In this document: positions 19,307 through 28,360 of the stretch, piece after piece
Layout: each line of letters opens with the position of its first letter
Numbering within the stretch: position 1 is the stretch's first letter
Assembly (NCBI GenBank): GCA_964588985.1
Contig: CAZPQW010000010.1
Location: 52,745-116,744 of the forward strand
Direction: 5' to 3'
Origin: an uncultured Solirubrobacteraceae bacterium
GTDB lineage: Bacteria; Actinomycetota; Thermoleophilia; Solirubrobacterales; Solirubrobacteraceae
DNA length: 64,000 bases
Notes under the pieces: generated by a model
What the model was told of the DNA's origin: nothing
The model's database searches: none
What the model saw: the letters and a program-made list of their open reading frames with translations, nothing else
Position numbers and translations under genes: made by a program

Positions 19307-20020
19307 GTGGTGCGTCAGCTGGCCGCGCTCATCGTGGCGACGTGCTTGGCGTGCGCCTCGATCACGCCGGCCGTCGCCGCGACTGCGCCACGCGTGCAGG
19401 CGACCCAGGAACTGGCGGTGCTGCTCACGGCCCATGGCGCTCATAAGTCGCCGGAAGCGGGATCGCCACAGGTGATGCTGGTGGCGGCCCGCAGGCCGAT
19501 CACCGGCGAGCGCACGACACTACCGGTGCTCGCCCGCTCGACCGGCGTGGGCGGAGCGGGGTGGCTGGAGGTGATGCTCCCTGGGCGCCCGAACGGGTCG
19601 ACGGGGTGGATCTCCGAGCGCGGGACCCGCGAACTGGTCACGCCGTGGCGCCTGTCGATCGACCTGGCCGCGCGACGGGTGACGGCCTACCGTGACGGGC
19701 GGGTCGCGAGGCGCTTCTCGGCGGTGGTCGGCAAGCCCGCCACGCCCACGCCGACGGGCGAGTTCTTCGTCGAGGAGGCGCTGCGGATGCAGCCGGGCGA
19801 GGCGGGTGGCCCGTTCGCGCTGGCGCTCAGCGCGCGCTCCGACGTGCTCCAGGAATTCGAAGGCGGCCCGGGGCAGATCGCGGTGCACGGCCGCGAGAAC
19901 CTCGGGGGCACGCTCGGCACGGCTGCGTCACACGGGTGTGTGCGGCTTGCGACGGCGAGCATCGAATGGCTCGCGACGCGCATCGGGCCGGGGGTGCCGG
20001 TGGGGATTTACACGAGCTAG
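19307..20020 (+). CDS. Secreted L,D-transpeptidase (YkuD family)
   Basis: VGKPATPTPTG, IAVHG...SHGCVRL catalytic motif; signal peptide. Confidence 0.93.
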   Translation: MVRQLAALIVATCLACASITPAVAATAPRVQATQELAVLLTAHGAHKSPEAGSPQVMLVAARRPITGERTTLPVLARSTGVGGAGWLEVMLPGRPNGSTGWISERGTRELVTPWRLSIDLAARRVTAYRDGRVARRFSAVVGKPATPTPTGEFFVEEALRMQPGEAGGPFALALSARSDVLQEFEGGPGQIAVHGRENLGGTLGTAASHGCVRLATASIEWLATRIGPGVPVGIYTS

Positions 20021-20130
20021 CGCGGGTCGCTGCCGTAGGCGACCGAGCGGTGGCGGATGGTGGCGACACGGACTGCTTTGTCGTTGTCCGCGAGCTGGTA
20101 GATGCCTCGGGTAGGCTCGACGCTCATAGC
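20017..20130 (-). pseudogene. RelE/ParE toxin C-terminal remnant
   Basis: RGIYQLADNDKAVRVATIRHRSVAY matches the RelE C-terminal pattern; upstream part lost or frameshifted. Confidence 0.6.
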
Positions 20131-20192
20131 GGGCATGGCGTGAGTTCGGCTGATCCCCATCGGTCGCTCGACGACGGCTAAGAAGGTAATCC

Positions 20193-20217
20193 TACCCATG
20201 TAGCCAATATGTGGGTA
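20193..20217. promoter_or_regulatory. Imperfect inverted repeat in the abiE promoter (likely AbiEi operator)
   Basis: tacccatgt-N7-atgtgggta directly upstream of abiEi. Confidence 0.45.
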
Positions 20218-20228
20218 TTATTTCCTCC

Positions 20229-20816
20229 GTGAAGGCAATCGATCCACGGACGCTGCTCGGTGACACGTTCAGGTACCGCGATGCCCGAGAGGCGGGCCTG
20301 AGCGACGGTCGCATCTACCGATTGCGCGACTCCGGAGCGATCGTCGCCGTGGGTGGTGGTGTGTATCGGTGGGCCGACGCGCCAGTGGCAGATCTCGACC
20401 TGATCGAGATCGCCGAACGTGTTCCCCGCGCGACTCTCTGCCTGGAGACGGCTCTCGCTCGCCATGGGCTCATCGATTCCATCCCGGTTGCGATCGACAT
20501 CGCGATCCCGCGCGGTAATACGCGGCCAGTCCTGAAGGCGCCCCGCCGCCTGCATCAGTTCGACCGTCAGAGCTTCGACCTTGGGCGGGAAACGCTCGAC
20601 GTCGGTGCCCGCACTCCGATCGGTATCTATTCGGCCGAGCGCTCAATCGTTGACGTCATCCGGATTCGCCATTTGCAAGGCGCGGACCTTGGGTGGGAGG
20701 CTTTGCGGCGATGGCTGCGAAAGCCGGGGAGGAGCCCAGCGCAGCTGCTCGAGCTGGCAGAGCACTTCGCTGGGGCAGAGCCGGCGATCCGCACGGCGCT
20801 CGAGGTGCTGCTGTGA
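20229..20816 (+). CDS. Type IV toxin-antitoxin AbiEi-family antitoxin
   Basis: N-terminal wHTH (TFRYRDAREAGLS..GGVYR), CLETALARHGL, IYSAERSIVD. Confidence 0.85.
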   Translation: MKAIDPRTLLGDTFRYRDAREAGLSDGRIYRLRDSGAIVAVGGGVYRWADAPVADLDLIEIAERVPRATLCLETALARHGLIDSIPVAIDIAIPRGNTRPVLKAPRRLHQFDRQSFDLGRETLDVGARTPIGIYSAERSIVDVIRIRHLQGADLGWEALRRWLRKPGRSPAQLLELAEHFAGAEPAIRTALEVLL

Positions 20817-21013
20817 GCATTCCGAGTCGGGCGACGAGAGCGGGGCGTGCCTACCTCGATCTGCGCAAGCTGGCTCGGGAGAGTCAACGGCCTGTTGATG
20901 AGCTGCTGCATCTGTACGTCTTGGAGGCGTTTCTCGACCGGCTCGCCAGTACGCCGGACGCCTGCACTGCCCACATCCCGGCAAGCACGACGCACTCGTC
21001 TACGACTACGTAG
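20813..21013 (+). pseudogene. Truncated AbiEii nucleotidyltransferase toxin (N-terminus only)
   Basis: GTGA overlap with abiEi; AYLDLRKLAR..DELLHLYVLEAFLDRLAS, then homology is lost before the LKGG motif. Confidence 0.75.
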
Positions 21014-21238
21014 ACACCGTTGCCTGTGCTGCGCCGCATGTTCGCCAAGCGTTTGAAGACCTATCGCACCCTCGGCTATGAGCTCATTGAGCGTCGCGGC
21101 GAAGGCCCGCCTCATGAGCGCCTGTCGGACGTTCTGCGCGAGACCGAGGGTCAGGTCTTTCGGGAAGACGAGTTCGCTGCACACTTGGAGCGGGTCGCGG
21201 CGAGTGAGGACGACCTTCCGACCGATCCGCCGGCGTAG
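20947..21238 (+). pseudogene. C-terminal remnant of an SF2 DEAD/DEAH helicase, frameshifted
   Basis: QYAGRLHCPHPGKHDALVYDYVDT in one frame, then LPVLRRMFAKRLKTYRTLGY in the next frame. Confidence 0.7.
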
Positions 21239-21279
21239 GCGTGCCGACGCCCCCGATCTGAGGGATAGATTCCGCCCGT

Positions 21280-21657
21280 ATGCCGGATCGACTCTTCCAT
21301 TACACGACGCGCGAGTTCGCGCTTGAGTGTGCGGCGGATATGGAGATCGGTCGGCCGGTGTTGGTGGAGGTTTGGGATGGCCTCTACGGCCCTGGCTTCT
21401 ACGCGTTGGACATCGGCTTCGAGGATGCCGCGCGCGACCGGTTGCGCTGGGAGTGCTTCGGCGACGCCAGGCCGGATCACCCGATGGATGGTGTCTTGGT
21501 GCTCGACCCTAACCTTGCAGATGTGCCGTTCAACCCGGTGGATGGGCACATATGGCTGATGGATGCCTCCTGGGGGTCGCGTGCGCCGGTCGAGGGCATG
21601 ATCGTGGCGGTTGGCGCGTGGGAGAGTGGTGAGTGGCGGGTAGATGAGTACGAATAG
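21280..21657 (+). CDS. Small ADP-ribosyltransferase-like protein (HYD/HYE-type signature)
   Basis: LFHYTT strand-1 His and YGPGFYALD motif; TAGATT -10 just upstream. Confidence 0.55.
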   Translation: MPDRLFHYTTREFALECAADMEIGRPVLVEVWDGLYGPGFYALDIGFEDAARDRLRWECFGDARPDHPMDGVLVLDPNLADVPFNPVDGHIWLMDASWGSRAPVEGMIVAVGAWESGEWRVDEYE

Positions 21658-21697
21658 AGTCTGGCATCCAGATCCCATGTTTGTTAGGATGTCGATG

Positions 21698-22381
21698 ATG
21701 ACCGAGACGCGCAAGGGCAGGCTGCGGCGCAGCACAGATCCTCCGGGCTACTGGCTTGGGGAGGCGTTCCACGCCGGGTTCCACGACGACCCGTCGCTTC
21801 CCGAGGGCTTCCGGCGACGCGTTGCCACCTGGGCGCGAGCCGCGGACGCTCTCTCTGATTCCCAGCGCGCGCTGCTGGAACAGCGTCCAGGGCGGGAGAT
21901 CTCCGAGGCTCAGCAGCGGGCGGAGGCGCTTGCCGGACCGCAGGCGAGCCCGATGTGGGGGTATCTCACGGGCGTTGAGCAGGGGATGGTGCGTGATCCC
22001 GCAACACATCCGAAACTCGCTGGTGCGAGCTATCCGCTCGGTATCGGCCGGCTGGCGACGCTCACGGGCTCGACGCAAGACCAGATCCGCCACTGGCACG
22101 AACTCGGCTTGCTGCGCGCACGGCGCAGCAAGGGCGGACACCGCGAATTCTTCGCCGATGCGGCGCTGCGGGCGTTCTTCCTGCGTCGGAACATGCCCCA
22201 GCCATACATCACGGTTCTGCGGGACATCAGCAACCTGAAGGGCGCTTCGCTGCTCGCGGGCATGGCAACGCTCCTGCAGGAGCAAGCGTTCCGCTTCGAC
22301 GCGCCCGAGCACGATCTCCTCACGCGAACCGCCTACGATCTTGAGCGGGTCAGCGCGGTATTTGCCGAGCGCGGCGCCTGA
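21698..22381 (+). CDS. Protein with an internal MerR-type HTH
   Basis: LGIGRLATLTGSTQDQIRHWHELGLLRARRSKGGHREF; start uncertain (21644-21698). Confidence 0.78.
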   Translation: MTETRKGRLRRSTDPPGYWLGEAFHAGFHDDPSLPEGFRRRVATWARAADALSDSQRALLEQRPGREISEAQQRAEALAGPQASPMWGYLTGVEQGMVRDPATHPKLAGASYPLGIGRLATLTGSTQDQIRHWHELGLLRARRSKGGHREFFADAALRAFFLRRNMPQPYITVLRDISNLKGASLLAGMATLLQEQAFRFDAPEHDLLTRTAYDLERVSAVFAERGA

Positions 22382-22394
22382 CACGAGCATCGCC

Positions 22395-22592
22395 ATGTCT
22401 TCACAGCGAACTCCAACGGCTCATAGCCAGAACGACCAACCTGAGCGCCTAGCCCAGCCGTACGGTTATCGGCTCGGACAGGGGCAAAGCGCCGAGGACG
22501 TTCTCGAGATCCAAGCGGAGCTTCTGCACAGCGAGGGCATCGACCCTACGTGGCCCGGATTCAGCAAGCTCCTGCCCGCTGGACAGAGCTAG
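22395..22592 (+). CDS. Small hypothetical protein (65 aa)
   Basis: ATG 13 bp after the MerR gene, same strand; no recognisable motif. Confidence 0.45.
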   Translation: MSSQRTPTAHSQNDQPERLAQPYGYRLGQGQSAEDVLEIQAELLHSEGIDPTWPGFSKLLPAGQS

Positions 22593-22681
22593 CAGCGTCA
22601 GCTGACTCGTCGGCATTTTGGCGCTCGCGGCGCCCGCTACCCGAGGCGATATGTGTCGTGCGCCAGTGCTGCTGAAGTCAA

Positions 22682-22765
22682 TGCGGATGAGAGGACTCGA
22701 ACCTCCACCCGGTTTCCCGGACACGGACCTGAACCGTGCGCGTCTACCAATTCCGCCACATCCGC
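22682..22765 (-). tRNA. tRNA-Leu(CAG)
   Basis: GCGGATGTGGCGGAATTGGTAGAC..anticodon arm CACGG-TTCAGGT-CCGTG, long variable arm, GGTTCGAGTCC; CCA not encoded. Confidence 0.96.
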
Positions 22766-22906
22766 GTGCTGGTGGGGGTCCGAAGATATCGCACCTGCCA
22801 GAGGCGGGCTTGGAGGCTGGCCGGCGGTCCCGGGCGAAGCCGGGAAGACGCTGGCAGACCAGACCCACTCCGGAGGCTTTTGCTAGCCTCAGGGCGTAGA
22901 TTCCCT

Positions 22907-22979
22907 GCCGCTATCGTCCAGGGGACTAGGACGCCGCCCTCTCATGGCGGAAACCGGGGTTCGAATCCCCGTAGCGGTA
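22907..22979 (+). tRNA. tRNA-Glu(CTC)
   Basis: GCCGCTA acceptor stem, anticodon arm CCGCC-CTCTCAT-GGCGG, GGTTCGAATCC. Confidence 0.96.
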
Positions 22980-22988
22980 CTACCAAGG

Positions 22989-23012
22989 AAGCCCTGCTCA
23001 AGCGGGGCTTTT
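22989..23012 (+). terminator. Intrinsic terminator after tRNA-Glu
   Basis: aagccctgc-tcaa-gcggggctttt. Confidence 0.75.
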
Positions 23013-23046
23013 GTTGGTTCTGGGGCCAGACGCGCGGAGATCGGGC

Positions 23047-24285
23047 TCAGAGCGTCGCCGGCTCGCCGGAGAGCACGGGCAGGCTCGTGGTCTGCTCGGC
23101 CGGCCGCTCCGGCTCGATGCGTTGCCGCCAAGCGAAGGCGAGCGCGAGGGCGAGCGTGACGGACGCGCAACCGAGCGCGAACGCGCTCCCAGATCCGTGG
23201 GCGTCGACGAGCGATCCTCCGAGCGCCGATCCGCCCGACATGCCGGCGATGGTGGCGGCGCGATGCCACGCGAACGCCTCGGTGGTGGTGTCCGACGCGG
23301 CGAGCGCGCCTACGAGCGAGAACTGGGCTGAGAGCATCGGCGCGACGCCGAGTCCCGCGAGCGCGGCCAGCACGCACCCCGCGGCGAGCGAGTGCGCGGC
23401 GATCAGCGGAGCGACCGCGATCGCCATCCCCAGCAGCAGCGCCATGTAGCGTCGGCCGAGCGCGAGATTCCAGCTCCTGGCGGAGTACAGCAGACCACCG
23501 GCCATGCTCCCGACGCTGAACATGGCGAGCATCGGGCCCGACGACCAGCGCGCCCCGATCTCCACGGCGAGCGCGGGCAGCCCGACCTCGACCGCGCCGA
23601 GCACGACGCCGGCGAGCGCGACGGTGACGAGCAGCGTGCGCAGGCCGGGGCTCGCGAGCGCTCCGCCGCGGGTGCGCTTCTGTGTGCTCGCCTGCCAGCC
23701 GCTCGAAAGCTCGGAGGTGGCGAACATGACGGTTCCGCACAGCGTGATCCCCGCGCACAGCAGCACCGCGGCGGACGGCGAGAGGAGCCCGGCGGTGGCC
23801 CCGACGAGCAGCGGTCCGAGCGTCCAGATGATCTCCTGGGTGGTCGCGTCGAGCGTGTAGGCGATCTCGAGCGTCTCGGGGTCCTTCGCGATCACCGACC
23901 ACAGGGCGCGAATGCAGCCCGCGATCGGTGGCGTGGCGGCGCCCGCGAGGGCCGCCGCGGCGACGAGGTTCGCGACCGGCATCTCAGCCCGCGCCATTGC
24001 CACGAGGATCACGAGCAGCGTCGCCTGGACGGCGGCCGCGGGGATCAGCACCGGCGCCTGTCCGATCCGGTCGACGAGCGCGCCGAGCGGTGGGCCCATG
24101 ACGGCCCCGGCGAGCGCGAACGCGCCGACCGCGAGGCCGGCGTCGAGGAACGATCCGGTCTGCCCGTGGACGAGCAGCACGATCGCGAGCGAGAACATGC
24201 CTGACGGCAGGCGGCCGAGCACCGCGCTGATCAGCAGCCGGCTGCAGCCCGGGATCGAGAGCAGTGCGCGGTAGCGGGCGATCAC
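23047..24285 (-). CDS. MFS transporter
   Basis: 12 TM pattern, GALVDRIG motif A. Confidence 0.92.
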   Translation of the reverse strand: MIARYRALLSIPGCSRLLISAVLGRLPSGMFSLAIVLLVHGQTGSFLDAGLAVGAFALAGAVMGPPLGALVDRIGQAPVLIPAAAVQATLLVILVAMARAEMPVANLVAAAALAGAATPPIAGCIRALWSVIAKDPETLEIAYTLDATTQEIIWTLGPLLVGATAGLLSPSAAVLLCAGITLCGTVMFATSELSSGWQASTQKRTRGGALASPGLRTLLVTVALAGVVLGAVEVGLPALAVEIGARWSSGPMLAMFSVGSMAGGLLYSARSWNLALGRRYMALLLGMAIAVAPLIAAHSLAAGCVLAALAGLGVAPMLSAQFSLVGALAASDTTTEAFAWHRAATIAGMSGGSALGGSLVDAHGSGSAFALGCASVTLALALAFAWRQRIEPERPAEQTTSLPVLSGEPATL

Positions 24286-24292
24286 GGCGCGC

Positions 24293-25570
24293 TCACGCGG
24301 CCGTGGGGCACTGGACTGCGCAGTCCTCGTCCTCGACGGGGCGCAGCTCGCCCATCTCCGCGAGCTCCTCGAGCGCCGCTATGAGCATGTCGATCTCGGC
24401 GTCGGTGTTGGCGGCGGTGAGCTGCACGCGGAAGCCGACCTCGTCGCGGGGAACCAGCGGGTAGGCGGCGAGCGTTACGTACACGCCACGGTCGAACAGC
24501 AGCTGGCCCACCTCCGCGATCCGCGTGTCGTCGCGCAGCGGGATCTCAACGATCGGCAGCCCTGAGTTGTTCGGGGTTGTGATGCCCAGCCGCGTGAGGC
24601 AGTCGAGCACCCGCTTGGTGTGCCCGTAGACGATCTCGCGCAGCTGTTCGCCGCGGCACTCGTTGACGTCGAAGCCGGCGAGCACTGTGGCGAGCGAAGC
24701 GACGGGGGAGGGCCCGGAGTAGAGGTAGGGCGCGGCCATGATCTTCAGCAGCTCCTTGATCTCGGTGGGGCACGCGATGAACGCGAGCAGCGAGGAGTAG
24801 GCCTTGGAGAAGCCGCCGACGAGGATGAGGTTGTCGTAGGTCTCGCCGCAGTAGCGCACGATGCTGTTGCCGCGCATCCCGTATGGGCTGGACTCGGCCG
24901 GGTCGCGTTCGCCGATCACGCCGAAGCCGTGCGCGTCGTCCACGTACAGCAGCGCGTCGTGTTCGCGTGCGACCTGGGCGAACGCCGGGATGTCGGGCGG
25001 GTTGCCGGTCATGCTGTTGACGCCGTCCATGCACACGAGCTTGCTCGCGCGTCGCTCGGAGCGCAGCAGTTCGTCGAGGTGGTCGGGATCTTCGAACTGG
25101 AAGCGCTTGACGCTCGCGCCGTGCACCTTGGCGAGCTGGCAGCCGTCGTAGATGGTCTTGTGCGAGCGCGAGTCGAGGAAGATCGTGCAGCGGCGTCCGG
25201 CGAGCGCGGGGATGACGGCCATGTGGATGTGCGTGATCGTCGGCAGCACCAGCGAGTCGGGGCTGCCGAGCAGGCCGGTGAGGCGCTCCTCGATCTGCTC
25301 GTAGAGGATCGGGCTGCCGAGCAGCCGCGACCAGCTCGGGTGCGTGCCCCACGCGTCGAGGTAGGCGGGAACCGCATCGATGATGTCGCGCTCGAGGTCG
25401 AAGCCGAGATAGTTGCAGGACGCGAAGTCGGCGAGCCACTGCGAGCCGACGCGGATCATGCGCCCGTCGATCTCGTCGATCACCGCGTCCATCATCGGAT
25501 GGGATTTCTTCAGCGTGTCGAGATCGCGCAGCGCCTCGGGGACGCTCGCGAGCAGCGTGGTGGCGCTCAC
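24293..25570 (-). CDS. PLP-dependent alpha-oxoamine synthase (BioF fold), SxtA4-like subfamily
   Basis: DFASCNYLG, WGTHPSWSR, DGVNSMTG, VDDAHGFG, FSKAYSS (PLP Lys), SGPSPVASLA. Confidence 0.88.
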   Translation of the reverse strand: MSATTLLASVPEALRDLDTLKKSHPMMDAVIDEIDGRMIRVGSQWLADFASCNYLGFDLERDIIDAVPAYLDAWGTHPSWSRLLGSPILYEQIEERLTGLLGSPDSLVLPTITHIHMAVIPALAGRRCTIFLDSRSHKTIYDGCQLAKVHGASVKRFQFEDPDHLDELLRSERRASKLVCMDGVNSMTGNPPDIPAFAQVAREHDALLYVDDAHGFGVIGERDPAESSPYGMRGNSIVRYCGETYDNLILVGGFSKAYSSLLAFIACPTEIKELLKIMAAPYLYSGPSPVASLATVLAGFDVNECRGEQLREIVYGHTKRVLDCLTRLGITTPNNSGLPIVEIPLRDDTRIAEVGQLLFDRGVYVTLAAYPLVPRDEVGFRVQLTAANTDAEIDMLIAALEELAEMGELRPVEDEDCAVQCPTAA

Positions 25571-27969
25571 GAGGTGGGCTCCGTCGTGGCGGTCTCAGTC
25601 GAAGCTTGGCTGCGCTCGTGTTGCGCGTTTGACACGGGCTCGGATGCGGTGAGGCCGGACGGTGGGTCGACCGCCGCGGGTAGGTCGGCTGGGAGCTCGG
25701 GCTCGGCGCGCAGCAGCTGCTCGAGCTCGGCGGCGGGCAGGGGCTTCGACAGCGCGTAGCCCTGGACGAGCTCGCAGCGGTTGACGACGAGCGAGCTCCA
25801 CGTCTGCTGGTCCTCGATTCCCTCGGCGACGACGCGGATGCCGATGCTGTGCGCCAGGCGGATGGTCGCCTCGACGATCGCGCAGTCCACCGGGTCAGAT
25901 GTCATCCGCCCGACGAACGAGCGGTCGATCTTGACCTCTCCGACGGGCAGCGCCTTGAGGTGCGTGAGCGAGGAGTAGCCGGTGCCGAAGTCGTCGAGCG
26001 ACAGGCCGAGGCCCAGCTCGCCGAGCTGGGCGAGCACGTCGCCGACGCGGACGGGGTCGGCGAGCACCATGTTCTCGGTGACCTCGAGCACGAGCACGTC
26101 GGGAGACAGCTCGCGTGCGGCGAGCATCGATGCGACCTCCGCGGGGAACTGCGTGTCCTGCAGGTCGGCGACGGTGGTGTTGACCGCTACGTGGAGCATC
26201 AGCCCGGAGTCGCGCCACAGCTTGATCTGGTCGAGCGCGAGCTCGAGCATCTTGCGGGTCAGCGCGCGGCCGAGTCCCGCCTGCTCCGCGAGCGTGACGA
26301 ACTCCGCGGGCGAGACCATGCCGCGGGTGGGGTGGCGCCAGCGCACGAGTGCCTCTACGCCCACTATCCGTCGCGTGGTGGCGTCCGCCTTGGGCTGGAA
26401 GTGCGCCTCGATCTCACCGGCCTCCAACGCGTGGGAGAGCTCGCCCGCGAGGGTGAGGCGCTCGAGCGAGTGGTTGTCGCGCTCGCGGGCGTAGCAGGCG
26501 CGTCCGGACTGTGCGGTCTTGGCCTCGTACATCGCGATGTCCGCATGCTGCATGAGCTGTTCGTCGTCGCTCGCGTCGTCTGGGTAGATCGCGATGCCGA
26601 TGCTTGCGGTCACGCGCAGGCTGAGGCCCTTGATCGGGAACGGCTCGCCGATCGCCGCGAGGATCTTGTCCGCCACGTGCTCGGCGCTTTGCGTGTCGCA
26701 TGCGTCGCCCAGCAGGACGCCGAACTCATCCCCTCCGAGGCGCGCGGCGGTGTCGCCGGAGCGGAGCACCGCGCGCAGTCGCTCGCCGGCCTGGCGCAGC
26801 AGGTGGTCGCCGGCGTCGTGGCCGAGGGTGTCGTTGAGCTCCTTGAAGTGGTCGAGGTCGACGATCAGGAGGGCCATGCTGGTGTTCGACGCTGCGCTTG
26901 CGACTATCCCGTCGCGGAGGCGTCGCAGGAAGTCGCGACGGTTCGGCATCGAGGTGAGGTCGTCCGTGAGCGCCTGGCGTCGGGTTTCGGCGAGCGCGCG
27001 AACGTCGCGGAAGGCGAGGCCGGTACGTCCGAAGGCCGCGAACATGGTCGCGATCGCGAGCCCCATCGCGAGGGGGTCGAGGCGGCTGAAGTGGTCGTAG
27101 ATCAGCAGGCCGAGGGCGCTGGCGGCGAACGCTGCGGGGATCCCGAGCACGGCGCCGGTCGGCATCGTGTCCACCTCCAGCGTCACACGTGGCTGCCACG
27201 CCGCGATCGCGAGCAGCATCACGCCGATCTCATACGCGAAGTTCGTGGCGGCGCTCGGTGCCGACGCGCCGCCCGCCACCTGCAGCGCGTAGAGGCAGTC
27301 TGCGGCCGCGAGGGCGATGAAGCCGACGCCGAGCATCGACCACATGCGGTCCATCCGCCAGCCGCGCAGGGCGAGCACGCCGACGATCAGGGCCGCGAGC
27401 AGCAGGTCGCAGATCGGGTAGGCCATCTCGGTGATGACCGCGGCGGTGTTGCCCGACACCGACGCCATCACGGGGCGCAGCACGATCGCCGCGCCGATCG
27501 CAGCGACTCCCAGCCCGGCGATGATCCCGTCCAGCCAGATCCTCGCCGGCACGCGACGCTCTCGCACGCGTGCGAGGCCAAGGATGCCTATGTAGCACGC
27601 CGGGTAGAGCGTGAGCCACATCCCGTCGCAGATCGATGGGATCGGCGGGTTGGGCAGGTGTTCCATCCAGGCCGCCCACAGGACGTTGCCGAGGCCGTAG
27701 ATGGAGATTCCGAACGCGAAGATCGTCCACGAGCGGCGTGCCTCGGTGCTGCGAACCGCCCGCCAGCTCACGATCAACCCCACGAGGATGTAGACAGCCG
27801 AGGTGATCCAGTCTCGGATCGGCTGTTCGACGGCACGCCCTCCGATCCCGAACGCGGCGTGTATGCCGGTGGCCGCGACGAGGCTGATCACGAGACCGGT
27901 CGCCACCCCCAACAGGCGGCGCTCGCCTGGCCGGAGGGTCGACGAGAGCGGTAGCAGGGTTGTACGCAT
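25567..27969 (-). CDS. Membrane-bound GGDEF-EAL protein with a multi-TM N-terminal sensor
   Basis: About 10 TMs; DLDHFKELND, RLGGDEF, VEALVR, DDFGTGYSSL, EGIE, QGY; start set at ATG 27969. Confidence 0.93.
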   Translation of the reverse strand: MRTTLLPLSSTLRPGERRLLGVATGLVISLVAATGIHAAFGIGGRAVEQPIRDWITSAVYILVGLIVSWRAVRSTEARRSWTIFAFGISIYGLGNVLWAAWMEHLPNPPIPSICDGMWLTLYPACYIGILGLARVRERRVPARIWLDGIIAGLGVAAIGAAIVLRPVMASVSGNTAAVITEMAYPICDLLLAALIVGVLALRGWRMDRMWSMLGVGFIALAAADCLYALQVAGGASAPSAATNFAYEIGVMLLAIAAWQPRVTLEVDTMPTGAVLGIPAAFAASALGLLIYDHFSRLDPLAMGLAIATMFAAFGRTGLAFRDVRALAETRRQALTDDLTSMPNRRDFLRRLRDGIVASAASNTSMALLIVDLDHFKELNDTLGHDAGDHLLRQAGERLRAVLRSGDTAARLGGDEFGVLLGDACDTQSAEHVADKILAAIGEPFPIKGLSLRVTASIGIAIYPDDASDDEQLMQHADIAMYEAKTAQSGRACYARERDNHSLERLTLAGELSHALEAGEIEAHFQPKADATTRRIVGVEALVRWRHPTRGMVSPAEFVTLAEQAGLGRALTRKMLELALDQIKLWRDSGLMLHVAVNTTVADLQDTQFPAEVASMLAARELSPDVLVLEVTENMVLADPVRVGDVLAQLGELGLGLSLDDFGTGYSSLTHLKALPVGEVKIDRSFVGRMTSDPVDCAIVEATIRLAHSIGIRVVAEGIEDQQTWSSLVVNRCELVQGYALSKPLPAAELEQLLRAEPELPADLPAAVDPPSGLTASEPVSNAQHERSQASTETATTEPTS

Positions 27970-28360
27970 GGCGGGTGTATCGGTCGCAAAGACCGATTGA
28001 ATTAACACTTTCTTGACTTTCGACTGAGATCCGCTGTAGCTCATGCTTCGGCGATCCGATGACCCGAGAGCCAAGTGTCCCGCTCATGCAAATGAGTCAG
28101 GTAAGGCACAGATCGAGCTACCAATGACACGGAGCGGGTCAGTGCCGTCCGTTTTGTCAATCGAACGGGCGCATGAGGGTTCGAACCAACGGAAAAAGTC
28201 GGAGACGCGCCTCGACTTAAGGGTCTAGACCCACGAATCTTCCAGGTACGCGCACGCGGGTCTGATGCCTGCTCAAGCGCCGAGTCCCGCAGGGCGCCCT
28301 GGCCCGAACGGACGACAGAGTCCCTCAATACTGGCGATATAGACGATTAGGCGGGAACGG

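Noticed and set aside
24293-25570. Call as bioF, or as evidence of a saxitoxin cluster
   Set aside because: No bio genes are nearby and the motifs differ from BioF. No other sxt-like genes (ACP, methyltransferase, amidinotransferase) are present.
25849-27954. Long antisense or off-frame ORFs (also 11393-13234, 41652-43286, 53711-55660, 56424-58286)
   Set aside because: Arg/Ala/Pro-rich shadow frames of well-supported genes, typical of high-GC DNA.
28278-28320. c-di-AMP (ydaO) riboswitch, suggested by cgccgagtcc and cccgaac
   Set aside because: Far too short, and it lacks the GGGGAACC, GGGGUGAAU and GUCAGCUAAC elements.
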